Below, piece after piece: positions 10,577-20,785 of a DNA stretch of 64,000 nt; position 1 is the first letter of the stretch, and every line of letters begins with the position of its first letter. The stretch is from an uncultured virus (IMG/VR IMGVR_UViG_3300024500_000029). Its lineage: Duplodnaviria; Heunggongvirae; Uroviricota; Caudoviricetes. The stretch lies in IMG/VR virus record IMGVR_UViG_3300024500_000029; one strand, written 5' to 3'. The position numbers and the translations under genes are program-made. The notes under the pieces are model-generated. The model ran no database searches, was not told the DNA's origin, and worked only from the letters and a program-made list of their open reading frames with translations.

Positions 10577-13500
10577 ATGGCATTAGTGAGCCCTGGCGTA
10601 CAAGTACAAATTATTGATGAGAGCATTTATGCGCCCACAGCAGTTGGTACTGTACCTTACATACTTATCGCTACAGCAGAAAATAAAACACAACCTGGAA
10701 GTTCAGCACTAGCTGTTGGAACATTAGCAGAAAATGCAGACAAAGTTTATAATATAACCAGCCAAAGAGATCTAGTTACAACATTTGGTGCACCAAACTT
10801 TGAAAACATTGACAATGTTCCTGTCAACGGTAGCGAACTAAACGAATACGGCCTAATGGCTGCCTACAGCGCACTAGCAGTTTGCAACAGTGCCTACGTA
10901 CAAAGAGCAAATGTTGACCTAGCTAAGTTAGCAGGCAGCACTGCTAGACCCACAGACAATCCTGTCACAGGAACCTATTGGTTAGATACAGACGCTAGCA
11001 ATTATGGTATCTTTGAATGGAACGCAACTACACAGCGTTTTACAGAAAAACAAGTCCTTCGTATTTTTAGTGCTGTTGATACAACTACTAGTCCAGAGGA
11101 CGAGACAGTAAGTTTTTTAAGTGCTGATGTAATTGGTACAGTTCCAGCGTCTACTACTGGAGAAGTAGGTGATTATGCTGTAATGGAACTAGAAGAATAT
11201 CATCCTATTTTTTATAAAGCGTATGATGGCACGTGGGTATTAGTAGGAAGTCAAGGCTGGCAACAAAAAGTACCAACTGCGGCATTTACTTTTACTACAC
11301 CTGCATCTAGCGGCAATTTATTCATAAACGGTGATAGCGTAAGCATCACAGCCAACTCTAACATTAGTGTAGTTAATTCTGCAATTAATAGTGCAAGCAT
11401 AACTGGTGTTACTTCTAGAGTAAGCGGTTCTACTTTAATAGTTACAGCAACACAGGAAGCAGGATTTGGTGGCAATAGTGGAGTTTTAGTAATTAATCGC
11501 ACAGGTGGTTCAGTTACTAGCAACGCTATAATGACAATGTTAGGTTTACCTTTAAGTGCAACTAATATTACTTACCAAGCAGCAGTTACAGCCCAGGCTC
11601 CTTTCAATCAGGTCCCAAGATGGCAAACCACAGCTAATAACAAGCCCACTGGTAGTGTTTGGCAAAAAACAAGCACAAGTGGTGGTGGAGTAAGTATTAG
11701 TGTTAAAAGATATAACGAGCTTACCGAACAATGGCAAGCTCAAAATGTTACAAGTTGGATAGGCGTATTTGACGCTACTTACAATTTAGACAAAACAGGT
11801 GGTGGAAAAAATATCCCACAAGGAACTATATTTAATGCTTACAGTGCTTTAGATTCTAATGCAACAGAAGGCAACTTACCACGTCTAGGTGGTCAGCTTT
11901 TCCGCAGACGCCTAGCAGCTGGTGCTGCATTGACAGTTGCAAGCACAAATACCTATGCTAACACATCTGTTAACATTAGAACGGGCTTAGTTGCTACTAG
12001 CACATTTAGCCTAACATTTAGAGCATCACCTAGTGATACTAGTACTACTACTGTAAGTGGTAGTATAACTGGCAGTTCATTCACTGTTGCAGATTTTATC
12101 AATGCTGTTAATGCAGTTGGTAGTCAGGTGGTTTACGCTAGTTTCAACAGCGATGGAAAAATTGTAATTACACACAAAGATGGCGGCGATGTTCAGGTTG
12201 AAGATGGCACAAATCTTCCATTTACCTATGCAGGTTTTGGAACTGCTGCGGACGATACTTATCCATCTCTAGAGCTAGGAGACACATTTGCACTTACTGG
12301 ATGGACAGACCTTGCTTCTTACAATAATGGTGAAGGCTACAGTTCACAGGACACAGCACCCACAGTAGAACCAGCAAATAACACGCTTTGGTATAACGAC
12401 AGTGCAACTAGGGTGGACATCCTTGTCAAGGACGGTGCAGGTAACTGGAGAAATTATAGAGCCCTAGACGCAGATTATCGCGGTTACGATCTAACTGCTA
12501 CTGATCCAGAAGGACCAATTATAAGTGCAAGTGAGCCTAGCACACAAAGTGATGGTGAAACAGCACTTGCCTACGGTGATCTTTGGGTTGATACTGGTGA
12601 CCTCGACAACTTCCCAATGATTTATCGTTGGCAGATACAGGATGGCGCAGATCAGTGGGTACTAATAGACAAAACTGATAGCACAAGTCCAGCCGGTATT
12701 ATTTTTGCAGATGCACGTTGGGCAAGATATGGAAACGTTAACCCTGCAACTGGTGCCCTACCAACAATCGCAGATTTAAGCAGCGCAGCCTGGGAAACAA
12801 CTAATAGTAGCGGAGAAGACACTGCCTACCTAGATCTAGATGCACCTGATCCTGCACTCTATCCTGAAGGTATGCTACTGTTTAACACAAGAGCAAGTAG
12901 CTACGGTGTAAAACAATATCGTTCAAATTACTTTAGCCCAGCTAATTGGCCAGAAACGGCAGCAGATGCTGGAAGTGATATGAACACAGATCCAAATTGG
13001 CAGACTGGCGCCTGGGTAAATGTAAGTGGTGTGGATAGCCGTGGATTGCCTAATTTTGGTAGAAAAGCTCAACGTGGATTTGTAGTTGCTAAACTACAGG
13101 CAGCAATTGATGCAAGTGATGGACTACGTGAAGAATCAAATATCTTTAATATTATCTGCTGCCCAGGTTATCCTGAGCTATTAGATAATATGGTAGCTCT
13201 TAATACAGACAGAGAAGAAACAGCTTTTGTTATTGGTGACGTTCCATTACGTTTACCAGCAACTGGAACAGCTATCCAGGCCTGGGCCACAAACACCAAT
13301 AGTTATGATGTTGTTGGTGAAGCAGGACTTACAGTAGCAAGTCCCTACGCTGCTGTCTATTTCCCACACGCTCAGACTAATGACTTATCTGGAAATGAAA
13401 TCGTTGTACCAGCAAGTCACGTAGCTCTACGTAATATGATCAAGAGTGATAATCAGAGCTATCCTTGGTTCGCTCCAGCAGGTACACGTCGTGGACTAGT

Positions 13501-13996
13501 AGACAATGCTAGTGCAATTGGTTACATTGACAGTGTGACAGGAAGATTTGTAAGTGTTGGTGTAACGCAGGGACTAAGAGATGTTATGTACAATAACAAA
13601 GTTAATCCATTGTCTGTATTACCAGGCGCTGGTTTGATGGTTTATGGACAAAAAACTCTCAACCCAAATGCAAGTTCACTGGATCGTATCAATGTTGCAC
13701 GTCTAGTTAACTATGTTCGCAGACAATTAACTATTGCTACAAGACCGTTCATTTTTGAACCAAACGACACTATTACACGTAATAGTGTACAAACAGTTGT
13801 TAGTGGATTCCTAGTTGATCTAGTAGCTAAACGAGGCATTTATGATTTCCTAGTAGTTTGTGACGATAGTAACAATACTGCTAGCAGAATAGCAAACAAT
13901 GAACTATGGGTAGATGTAGCTATACAGCCTATTAAAGCTGTTGAGTTTATCTACATTCCAATTAGATTAAAGAACCCAGGAGACCTAGAGGTATAA
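10577..13996 (+). CDS. Contractile tail sheath protein (T4 gp18-like) with large internal insertion
   Basis: N-terminal MALVSPGVQVQIIDES; C-terminal PWFAPAGTRRG, YGQKTL, LDRINVARL, FEPND and FLVVCDDSNNT motifs. Confidence 0.95.
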   Translation: MALVSPGVQVQIIDESIYAPTAVGTVPYILIATAENKTQPGSSALAVGTLAENADKVYNITSQRDLVTTFGAPNFENIDNVPVNGSELNEYGLMAAYSALAVCNSAYVQRANVDLAKLAGSTARPTDNPVTGTYWLDTDASNYGIFEWNATTQRFTEKQVLRIFSAVDTTTSPEDETVSFLSADVIGTVPASTTGEVGDYAVMELEEYHPIFYKAYDGTWVLVGSQGWQQKVPTAAFTFTTPASSGNLFINGDSVSITANSNISVVNSAINSASITGVTSRVSGSTLIVTATQEAGFGGNSGVLVINRTGGSVTSNAIMTMLGLPLSATNITYQAAVTAQAPFNQVPRWQTTANNKPTGSVWQKTSTSGGGVSISVKRYNELTEQWQAQNVTSWIGVFDATYNLDKTGGGKNIPQGTIFNAYSALDSNATEGNLPRLGGQLFRRRLAAGAALTVASTNTYANTSVNIRTGLVATSTFSLTFRASPSDTSTTTVSGSITGSSFTVADFINAVNAVGSQVVYASFNSDGKIVITHKDGGDVQVEDGTNLPFTYAGFGTAADDTYPSLELGDTFALTGWTDLASYNNGEGYSSQDTAPTVEPANNTLWYNDSATRVDILVKDGAGNWRNYRALDADYRGYDLTATDPEGPIISASEPSTQSDGETALAYGDLWVDTGDLDNFPMIYRWQIQDGADQWVLIDKTDSTSPAGIIFADARWARYGNVNPATGALPTIADLSSAAWETTNSSGEDTAYLDLDAPDPALYPEGMLLFNTRASSYGVKQYRSNYFSPANWPETAADAGSDMNTDPNWQTGAWVNVSGVDSRGLPNFGRKAQRGFVVAKLQAAIDASDGLREESNIFNIICCPGYPELLDNMVALNTDREETAFVIGDVPLRLPATGTAIQAWATNTNSYDVVGEAGLTVASPYAAVYFPHAQTNDLSGNEIVVPASHVALRNMIKSDNQSYPWFAPAGTRRGLVDNASAIGYIDSVTGRFVSVGVTQGLRDVMYNNKVNPLSVLPGAGLMVYGQKTLNPNASSLDRINVARLVNYVRRQLTIATRPFIFEPNDTITRNSVQTVVSGFLVDLVAKRGIYDFLVVCDDSNNTASRIANNELWVDVAIQPIKAVEFIYIPIRLKNPGDLEV

Positions 13997-13997
13997 T

Positions 13998-14615
13998 ATG
14001 GCAAATTTAAATAATTTTACAGTACCCATTAAAGGGGAAACAGCAACACAGGGCCTATTGATGCCTAAATTAAAGTTCCGCTTTAGAGGATACTTTTACG
14101 GGTTCGGATCAGATGGCACAAATAGTAACACACTGGAAATTAGCAAACAAATTGTAACATTTGCTAGACCACAAATTACTTTTGATCCAATCGAACTACC
14201 TGTGTATAACAGCAAGGCTTACATTGCAGGTCGTCCAACTTGGAACCCAGTGAGCGTAACACTAAGAGATGATGCTGCTGGTGGTGTAGCCAAGGCGATT
14301 GCCGAGCAACTACAAAAGCAATATGATTTCTATGAGCAAGCTAGTGCCGCTAGCGGTGTAGACTACAAGTTCCGTACAGTGCTTGAAGTACTAGACGGTG
14401 GCAATGGTGTAGTAGAACCAGAAGTTCTAGAAAGCTGGGAACTATTTGGTTGCTTCCTAACAGACGTAAACTACAATGATATGGATTACGGTAGTAATGA
14501 TCCAGTGACAATTACATTAAGTATTCGTTACGATAACGCTCTACAAGATGTAACACCTAGAGCGCCAGTTAAGACCAGAACAACAAGAGGTTCTGTAACC
14601 GGTGGTGCAGTGTAA
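13998..14615 (+). CDS. Tail tube protein (T4 gp19-like)
   Basis: Directly follows the sheath gene; YIAGRPTWNPVSVTLRDD, WELFGCF and ITLSIRYD motifs. Confidence 0.9.
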   Translation: MANLNNFTVPIKGETATQGLLMPKLKFRFRGYFYGFGSDGTNSNTLEISKQIVTFARPQITFDPIELPVYNSKAYIAGRPTWNPVSVTLRDDAAGGVAKAIAEQLQKQYDFYEQASAASGVDYKFRTVLEVLDGGNGVVEPEVLESWELFGCFLTDVNYNDMDYGSNDPVTITLSIRYDNALQDVTPRAPVKTRTTRGSVTGGAV

Positions 14616-14642
14616 AAACAATAACAGTAGCAGTAAACAAAC

Positions 14643-14664
14643 AACCCGCGGAAGCGGGTTTTTT
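14643..14664 (+). terminator. Intrinsic terminator
   Basis: AACCCGC-GGAA-GCGGGTT hairpin followed by a T-run. Confidence 0.85.
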
Positions 14665-14681
14665 GTTGGCTAAATATCATT

Positions 14682-16340
14682 ATGGGACTAGACATTGGAA
14701 GTATAACAAAAGCAGCAAGTAATCCTGCATCTTTGTTCAAGAGTGGTAATAAACCACTCAAGGGTAAAACACACCCCTACGATCACGCGACAAAGTTATA
14801 TATTGCAGATGGACTAAAACTTGCTCCTAAAAACAGATATCTCTACTATGTAAGTATTAACATAGGAGTAGGAGCTCAAACAGCATCTGGTATTTTAGAT
14901 AGTGTACTAGGCGGTGGCGGTGGTGTATCCAGTCTAAGCTTAATACAACAGTACGAAGCAGGAATGCTGGTAAAAAGTGTGGACCTACCTAAGTTTTCAA
15001 TGGACGTTAAAACAATTAATTCTTATAATAAAAAGAATATTGTACAAACTGCCATTAAGTATGAACCAATTAGTATAACATTTCACGATGACAGTGCAGA
15101 TATAGTTACTAGACTCTGGAATGATTATTATACCTATTATTACCGCGATAGCGACTACAGTAGGGAAAGCTACCAACAACATCATATCAATACTGGCATC
15201 TATGCAGGTAGAACTGACGATCGCTGGGGTTACACGATACGCAATGCAGGCTTAGAGCCTTTTTTACGTAATATTCAAATATTCAGTTTGCATAATAAAA
15301 GGTTCACTGAATACACTCTTATTAATCCCTACATCACAAGCTGGCGCCACGGCACACATAGCGCCGAGGCTGGCAATGACATAATGGAAAATCAAATGAC
15401 CATTATGTATGAAACTGTAAAATATAAAACAGGTTCAGTTAATGCTATAGATGTGAACGGCTTTGGAACATTACACTATGACAACACTGCTAGTCCTATC
15501 TCCGGTGGTGGTATGTTCGGACAGATAGTGGGTGGTATAGCGGAAAGTGTGCTTGGCGGTGGTGGCGATCTAGCAAGACCGGATGGAAGTGAAAATAAAG
15601 GTAGTATATTTTCTCAAATTGCTGGTGCTGCTGGTGCCATTAATGCACTTGGTGGAGTAAATCTGGCTCAAGTAGGCGCAGGGGTACTGGGAAAAATAGG
15701 TGGAGATGCACTCAAAGGTGCAACAAACGGAATAAGTATACCTAGTTTAAGTGATGTGTTAAAAGGCGCCGGAGAAAAAATAAGTCAGTCTCCCACATTA
15801 AGTAAATTGTCTAATAAAATTAGCGGAGCTTTGCAGGGAGGATTAAACGGAGCCAATGTGCCTACTAATGGCGTTCCGACAGGTGGACTTGGTCTCACTG
15901 GTGGGCTTGGTTTAAACGCAGTTCCTGGAGTAAGTAACGCAGCCTTTACTGGCGGCCTAAATGATAAATTACAAAACTCTTTAAACAATGGTAATCTTGC
16001 AAGCATAAAAAACAATTTCAGCGGCAGTATACCAGGTGTCCAAAATATGAGTCAATTGGGTTTTAACAATCTAGTGCAACCAACGTCTAATAATTTAATT
16101 GCTAGGGGTACAAATAGTACAGGCGGTGGATTTATTAACGGTGGATATGGTAGTGTGGGCACAGCAAGCCCCTCAGTATTTGCAGGCGGTAGTGGAGTTA
16201 CCCCTAACCCATCATCTTCACAATTAGCTGGTGTAGCTGGTATTGTAAACAGCGGATCAGTAAGTGCTTTTAGTGCAGCAGGTGGAGCACCTCCCTCGTT
16301 AGCATCACCAAATATCCCCACTGATGAATTCTTTATATAA
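14682..16340 (+). CDS. Tail-tube-fold baseplate protein (gp48/gp54-like) with Gly-rich C-terminus
   Basis: VKSVDLPKF, YEPISITFHDD and YTLINPYITSW tube-like motifs; follows the tube gene. Confidence 0.55.
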   Translation: MGLDIGSITKAASNPASLFKSGNKPLKGKTHPYDHATKLYIADGLKLAPKNRYLYYVSINIGVGAQTASGILDSVLGGGGGVSSLSLIQQYEAGMLVKSVDLPKFSMDVKTINSYNKKNIVQTAIKYEPISITFHDDSADIVTRLWNDYYTYYYRDSDYSRESYQQHHINTGIYAGRTDDRWGYTIRNAGLEPFLRNIQIFSLHNKRFTEYTLINPYITSWRHGTHSAEAGNDIMENQMTIMYETVKYKTGSVNAIDVNGFGTLHYDNTASPISGGGMFGQIVGGIAESVLGGGGDLARPDGSENKGSIFSQIAGAAGAINALGGVNLAQVGAGVLGKIGGDALKGATNGISIPSLSDVLKGAGEKISQSPTLSKLSNKISGALQGGLNGANVPTNGVPTGGLGLTGGLGLNAVPGVSNAAFTGGLNDKLQNSLNNGNLASIKNNFSGSIPGVQNMSQLGFNNLVQPTSNNLIARGTNSTGGGFINGGYGSVGTASPSVFAGGSGVTPNPSSSQLAGVAGIVNSGSVSAFSAAGGAPPSLASPNIPTDEFFI

Positions 16341-16699
16341 TGCAAAATCCTAATATTGTAGACACTCCGGAATCTAGCACTGGTAGATATTTTAACAATG
16401 TCTATAAAAATAGAAGTGCTATTAGCCCTGCTATTAGTAGCAGTATAATTAGTTGGTTTCAGGAGCAAACAGGTAGTAGAGAAACTGCTACTCTACTAGC
16501 CAGAACTTTAATTAACACAGCAGAATCAATAGGAGAAGATCCTAGAAAAATATTACAAGAGTTTACTAAACTCCCCTCAGGTGAACTTAATTCTTATCTG
16601 GCCTTGTTTCTTAATTCAGGCAGGGTTCCCACTAGCCTACTAGGGATCAAAAATCAACCTACACCTACAGATCTAGTGTCTCGAACTTTGATATTTTAA
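16340..16699 (+). CDS. Hypothetical virion-region protein
   Basis: ORF translationally coupled (TAATG) at both ends. Confidence 0.65.
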   Translation: MQNPNIVDTPESSTGRYFNNVYKNRSAISPAISSSIISWFQEQTGSRETATLLARTLINTAESIGEDPRKILQEFTKLPSGELNSYLALFLNSGRVPTSLLGIKNQPTPTDLVSRTLIF

Positions 16700-17130
16700 T
16701 GTCTAAATTTGCTCAGGGAAAATTTGAAATTCAGAATCCCGCAAAGTATGTGGGAAAGAAAACTCCCACCTACAGAAGTAGTTGGGAGTATGCATTTATG
16801 AGATTTTGCGATAACAACCCTGCTGTATTACAATGGGCTAGTGAAGCTATACATATTAATTACAGAAATCCCTTTACAAATAAAAATACAATTTATGTGC
16901 CTGACTTTTTAATAATTTATCAGGACAAAAATGGTAAACGTCACGGTGAAGTTATAGAAGTTAAGCCTAGTAAGGAAACTAGTCTTACAGAAGCTAAATC
17001 TATGAGGGATAAAGCTGCTGTAGCTCTTAATTTACATAAATGGCAAGCAGCTAAAAAATTTTGTGACGCACAGGGGTTAAAATTTAGAGTGGTCACTGAA
17101 CACGATATATTTGTAAATACCAAAAAATAA
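16699..17130 (+). CDS. Head completion nuclease (T4 gp4-like, TnsA-type)
   Basis: YRSSWE, FCD, WASE, YVPDF, EVKP and KWQAAK motifs. Confidence 0.88.
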   Translation: MSKFAQGKFEIQNPAKYVGKKTPTYRSSWEYAFMRFCDNNPAVLQWASEAIHINYRNPFTNKNTIYVPDFLIIYQDKNGKRHGEVIEVKPSKETSLTEAKSMRDKAAVALNLHKWQAAKKFCDAQGLKFRVVTEHDIFVNTKK

Positions 17131-17160
17131 AAAACTCCGGATCTACCAATAAATATTCCT

Positions 17161-17664
17161 ATGACTAAAAAGTTATCGGAATTATTCAATTTACCCAATC
17201 AAGAGGCTATTCCCGAGACAACTGTGGATGCCCAGGCCGCCCTAGAGCTCACTGAACAACAGCGAGAAACAATCAGTCTAGTAGACGAGGCTATAGACAA
17301 AATAGATGCTGCTCTTCCTGGGGTTCGTGGCCTAGACACAAGTGACAGTGAGCTTGACGACCTAGCTGAACTAGCAAAAAAGTCAGCTCAGGATCTTATG
17401 GATCTGGGATTGGCAATGGAAGCTAGATTTAGTGGCGCAGTACTTCAGACTGCTGGCACAATGTTAGGACACGCCATAGCAGCCAAACAAGCTAAAATTG
17501 ACAAAAAACTTCGCACTGTGGATTTACAGTTAAAGAAAATGAGGCTAGACCATCAAATAGCCAAAGATTCCAAGGGAGAAATTACTGACGATCCTATAGA
17601 AACACAGGGACAATTAGTGGACAGGAACACTCTACTAGCAGAGATTCTCAAGAGTTCCAAGTAA
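17161..17664 (+). CDS. Probable terminase small subunit-like protein
   Basis: Helical protein of typical size in the head-assembly region; assignment from general resemblance only. Confidence 0.4.
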   Translation: MTKKLSELFNLPNQEAIPETTVDAQAALELTEQQRETISLVDEAIDKIDAALPGVRGLDTSDSELDDLAELAKKSAQDLMDLGLAMEARFSGAVLQTAGTMLGHAIAAKQAKIDKKLRTVDLQLKKMRLDHQIAKDSKGEITDDPIETQGQLVDRNTLLAEILKSSK

Positions 17665-17710
17665 CTAATTGGCAAAAAAACGCTAAATAACATAATAACG
17701 GATATTGTTT

Positions 17711-18325
17711 ATGAAGACCTTTAAATCTTACCTTACGGAATCTATCGGCACTTACGATTTCAAAGTAAAAATCGCTTGTGATGTTACCGATAAAGATATT
17801 ACTAAAATTAAGTCTGCTCTAGAAGAATTTAAAGTGAATAACTTTAAAAAATCTCGCAGCCTACCTATACAAGAAACTCCAGAATTTCCACAGCTAGGAC
17901 CAGTAGAGGTTAGAATTTATGATCTAAGCCTTGAATACCCGGCTAATAATGATCAGGTGTTTTCCACTATTATGAATACTGGATGCTGTCAGCCTGGGGC
18001 ACTTAAAGTGATCCCCCTAAACAGTCCCTACAACGCTATACTAGATGGACTAGAAGTAAGTAATGTGGGCGGTAAAGAGGGTGAAGCAGTACTAGATCAA
18101 CAAGAGATGAAAACGGAAAAACCCAAGGCAATATCTGGACAAGAATATTTAGACAATATGCCTAGTCTAATTAAAGAATTACAGGCAGCTAGGAAATATG
18201 AATATCCTGATGCCGCCGGCGGCAAAACTGCCATTGCCAAGACATCGGGACTTACTCCTGAACAAAACAAGAGCCCTGTGGGCTCACAACAAAACAAAAT
18301 CCCTAGCCCAAGAAAAGGAAAATAA
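17711..18325 (+). CDS. Putative internal head protein
   Basis: N-terminus MKTFKSYLTE resembles the T4 capsid-targeting sequence; TAAATA upstream. Confidence 0.55.
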   Translation: MKTFKSYLTESIGTYDFKVKIACDVTDKDITKIKSALEEFKVNNFKKSRSLPIQETPEFPQLGPVEVRIYDLSLEYPANNDQVFSTIMNTGCCQPGALKVIPLNSPYNAILDGLEVSNVGGKEGEAVLDQQEMKTEKPKAISGQEYLDNMPSLIKELQAARKYEYPDAAGGKTAIAKTSGLTPEQNKSPVGSQQNKIPSPRKGK

Positions 18326-18327
18326 TT

Positions 18328-19605
18328 ATGAGCAATATGTCAGATATATTAAAAAAATTAAATGCGATTGAACAGACCGCTGAGAGCGCAGTTAAACCAA
18401 ACTTAAAAGAAGGTATTGAAGCTGTTGCCGAAGTAACTCCTCCTGGAAGAGAGAAACAAGTTAAAGCTCTTAAAAAAGTTCCTGGCATTGACAATCCTTA
18501 CGCAGTATCTTGGGCTTCCTATAACAAGAGCCATAAAAAAGAAGAAAGCATTGAGGAAAGCAATCTAGAAGAAGGCTTTGCAGATTTAGACAAGTATATG
18601 CAAGACAAAGAAAAAGCCAAGGGTACAGGTAAATTTGATAAAACTGTTACCGCCACCGGCACAAAGTATACTAAAAAGCTAGATCCAGAAAATAACGATG
18701 CTGAGGACGATGATGAAGGCGAGAAAAAAGATAAAAAAGATAAAGAACCGAATAAAGGCGGCCGCAAGGTTGGCAGCAAGAGCGGTGCAAGGCACAGCTA
18801 CAAAAAAATAGACGAGTATATTGCTGAAGCCTACGGTGATTTCTTTGAAGGTGATCTTGAAGAAGAAGAATTAGAAGAAGACGATATGGAAGAAGGTAAT
18901 AGGTTTACCCATAATCTTATGAAGGCTCGAGAGGCCGGTAAAAAAGAAGCTGATCTAGACGGCGATGGTGATATGGAGCCAGTAAAAGAAAATGAATCAG
19001 TGGAAGAGGAAGCTGTAGAGGAGGCCAAGTCCTGTAACCAGACTATGGAAGGCGAGGAGTGTCCAGTACACGGCGAAAGCAAATGTCCAATGGCAGAAGC
19101 TCAAGATAACAGTCTGGAAGAAGTCAAGGCACTAGCTGGTCTTAAAGAGTGCGGTGATATGTCTCCTATGGGCAGCATAGACGCTGATCAAGGTAAAATG
19201 AATATAAGTACCAACGCTAGTAGCGATGGAACAAAGACAGTTACAATTACTGCTGATGGCGACACTGCTGTAGCTCTAATGCAGATGCTTAAACTAGCTG
19301 GTATGAAAGGTGCTATGGCAGCTCCAGAGCAGTCCACGGACGGCGATACCTACGATGTGGCTGTAGCAGAAAAAGAAATGGAAGAAGACCATATTCCTGG
19401 GCATCTAGTTGGTAATGGTACAGAACCTCAGGAAATGCCAGTGCAGGCATTGACCAAGGGTGGTACTGGTGAAGTCGCTGGTAAAGAAAAAACTATGCAT
19501 CCACACGGTTATAAATTTAGTGACAACCCCCTAGCAATGGAAAACAAACTAGGTGGCCGTTTTATGCAGGAATACGAGAGTATTAAACTAGCCCGAGGAA
19601 AATAA
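18328..19605 (+). CDS. Highly acidic putative prohead core/internal protein
   Basis: Glu-rich, with many [LIV]-x-E motifs. Confidence 0.55.
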   Translation: MSNMSDILKKLNAIEQTAESAVKPNLKEGIEAVAEVTPPGREKQVKALKKVPGIDNPYAVSWASYNKSHKKEESIEESNLEEGFADLDKYMQDKEKAKGTGKFDKTVTATGTKYTKKLDPENNDAEDDDEGEKKDKKDKEPNKGGRKVGSKSGARHSYKKIDEYIAEAYGDFFEGDLEEEELEEDDMEEGNRFTHNLMKAREAGKKEADLDGDGDMEPVKENESVEEEAVEEAKSCNQTMEGEECPVHGESKCPMAEAQDNSLEEVKALAGLKECGDMSPMGSIDADQGKMNISTNASSDGTKTVTITADGDTAVALMQMLKLAGMKGAMAAPEQSTDGDTYDVAVAEKEMEEDHIPGHLVGNGTEPQEMPVQALTKGGTGEVAGKEKTMHPHGYKFSDNPLAMENKLGGRFMQEYESIKLARGK

Positions 19606-20027
19606 TGAAACTGGACGAGGTTATTATTGATCTAGAGCCTAGCCAAGGTGATAGAATTTTTTTGGAACTGGGTGACACACTGCTAGAAACTAACATACTG
19701 GAAGTTGATAACGATAATATTATCTTAGAAGCTGATGAAAAAATGTTAGTTTTACTTAATCTAGCTGGCGCATTTAATAATCTCACAGAAGCAGAATATC
19801 GTGGTCGTAAAGTCCCCCTTGGTAAAAGAATGCAGGGTGACGTGAAAAAATTTAAAGTCTATGTTAAAGGTCCCAAGGGCAACGTAGTAAAAGTAAACTT
19901 TGGTGATCCAAATATGCGGATTAAAAAATCCAACCCTGCACGTCGTAAAAGCTTTCGTGCAAGACATCGTTGTGATAACCCTGGACCACGCTGGAAAGCA
20001 AGGTACTGGAGTTGCAGAGCTTGGTAA
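19605..20027 (+). CDS. Hypothetical protein with basic C-terminal domain
   Basis: VNFGDPNMRIKKSNPARRKSFRARHRC...ARYWSC module after an LTE linker. Confidence 0.65.
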   Translation: MKLDEVIIDLEPSQGDRIFLELGDTLLETNILEVDNDNIILEADEKMLVLLNLAGAFNNLTEAEYRGRKVPLGKRMQGDVKKFKVYVKGPKGNVVKVNFGDPNMRIKKSNPARRKSFRARHRCDNPGPRWKARYWSCRAW

Positions 20028-20039
20028 TCAAGGTATACA

Positions 20040-20390
20040 ATGAAAATTAACGAAATTATCACTGAAGCAACAAATAAAGGACTGCCTAAAGTTTCTCAGG
20101 CAGGTGCGGTTCACGCCAAGCGTTTTGATGAGCTTGATACCTACTATCATATGTACAGATTTGGCATTGCCCTAGCCAATCACAATGCAGATAATCCACC
20201 AGTGGGTCCTGCTCGTGATAAATTTACAGTCTGGGCCTATACTGATGGTGACGAGCAAATTATCAAAGCAGCAGAAAAAAATATGGGCACCAAGGGCACT
20301 GAAATATCAAAATCTCCCTCTACAGAAACTGAAAATATATACACCACAAGCCCAGTTGCCAAAGTTAACCGCAACAAATACGGCGTATGA
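20040..20390 (+). CDS. Putative internal head protein
   Basis: MKINEIITE N-terminus; C-terminus SPVAKVNRNKYGV shared with the next ORF. Confidence 0.6.
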   Translation: MKINEIITEATNKGLPKVSQAGAVHAKRFDELDTYYHMYRFGIALANHNADNPPVGPARDKFTVWAYTDGDEQIIKAAEKNMGTKGTEISKSPSTETENIYTTSPVAKVNRNKYGV

Positions 20391-20785
20391 AAATTAGAGA
20401 AATTGTTCGTGAGTCTAGAAGTCTTGTAAAAACTGGTATAAAACCTATTACCAAGGATCACGAATATGCTATGCCCAATGCACATCGTGTTGCGGGCACT
20501 GCTGATAGAATTTACGACCTTAATAGATTAATGATGTTAGTAGCAGCAGCAGATGGGCGTACAATGCCAGTAGTTCCTGAGGAAAGTTGGGCTGGTAGAA
20601 ATAATATGGCCTTTCCTTTTACTCCACAAGAAGCCCAAATGCTAAAACATTGTTATCAAGTTTTAGGTCAAGAATGGGATGATGTGTTATTTCCTAACAC
20701 GCACGATCGCAGCGAAGAGTTCAAAAAAGATATCAATATCAACAGCCCTGTGGCTAAAATCAAGAAAAATAAGTACGGAGTATAA
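20387..20785 (+). CDS. Putative internal head protein, paralogue of the preceding ORF
   Basis: MKIREIVRE N-terminus; C-terminus SPVAKIKKNKYGV. Confidence 0.6.
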   Translation: MKIREIVRESRSLVKTGIKPITKDHEYAMPNAHRVAGTADRIYDLNRLMMLVAAADGRTMPVVPEESWAGRNNMAFPFTPQEAQMLKHCYQVLGQEWDDVLFPNTHDRSEEFKKDININSPVAKIKKNKYGV

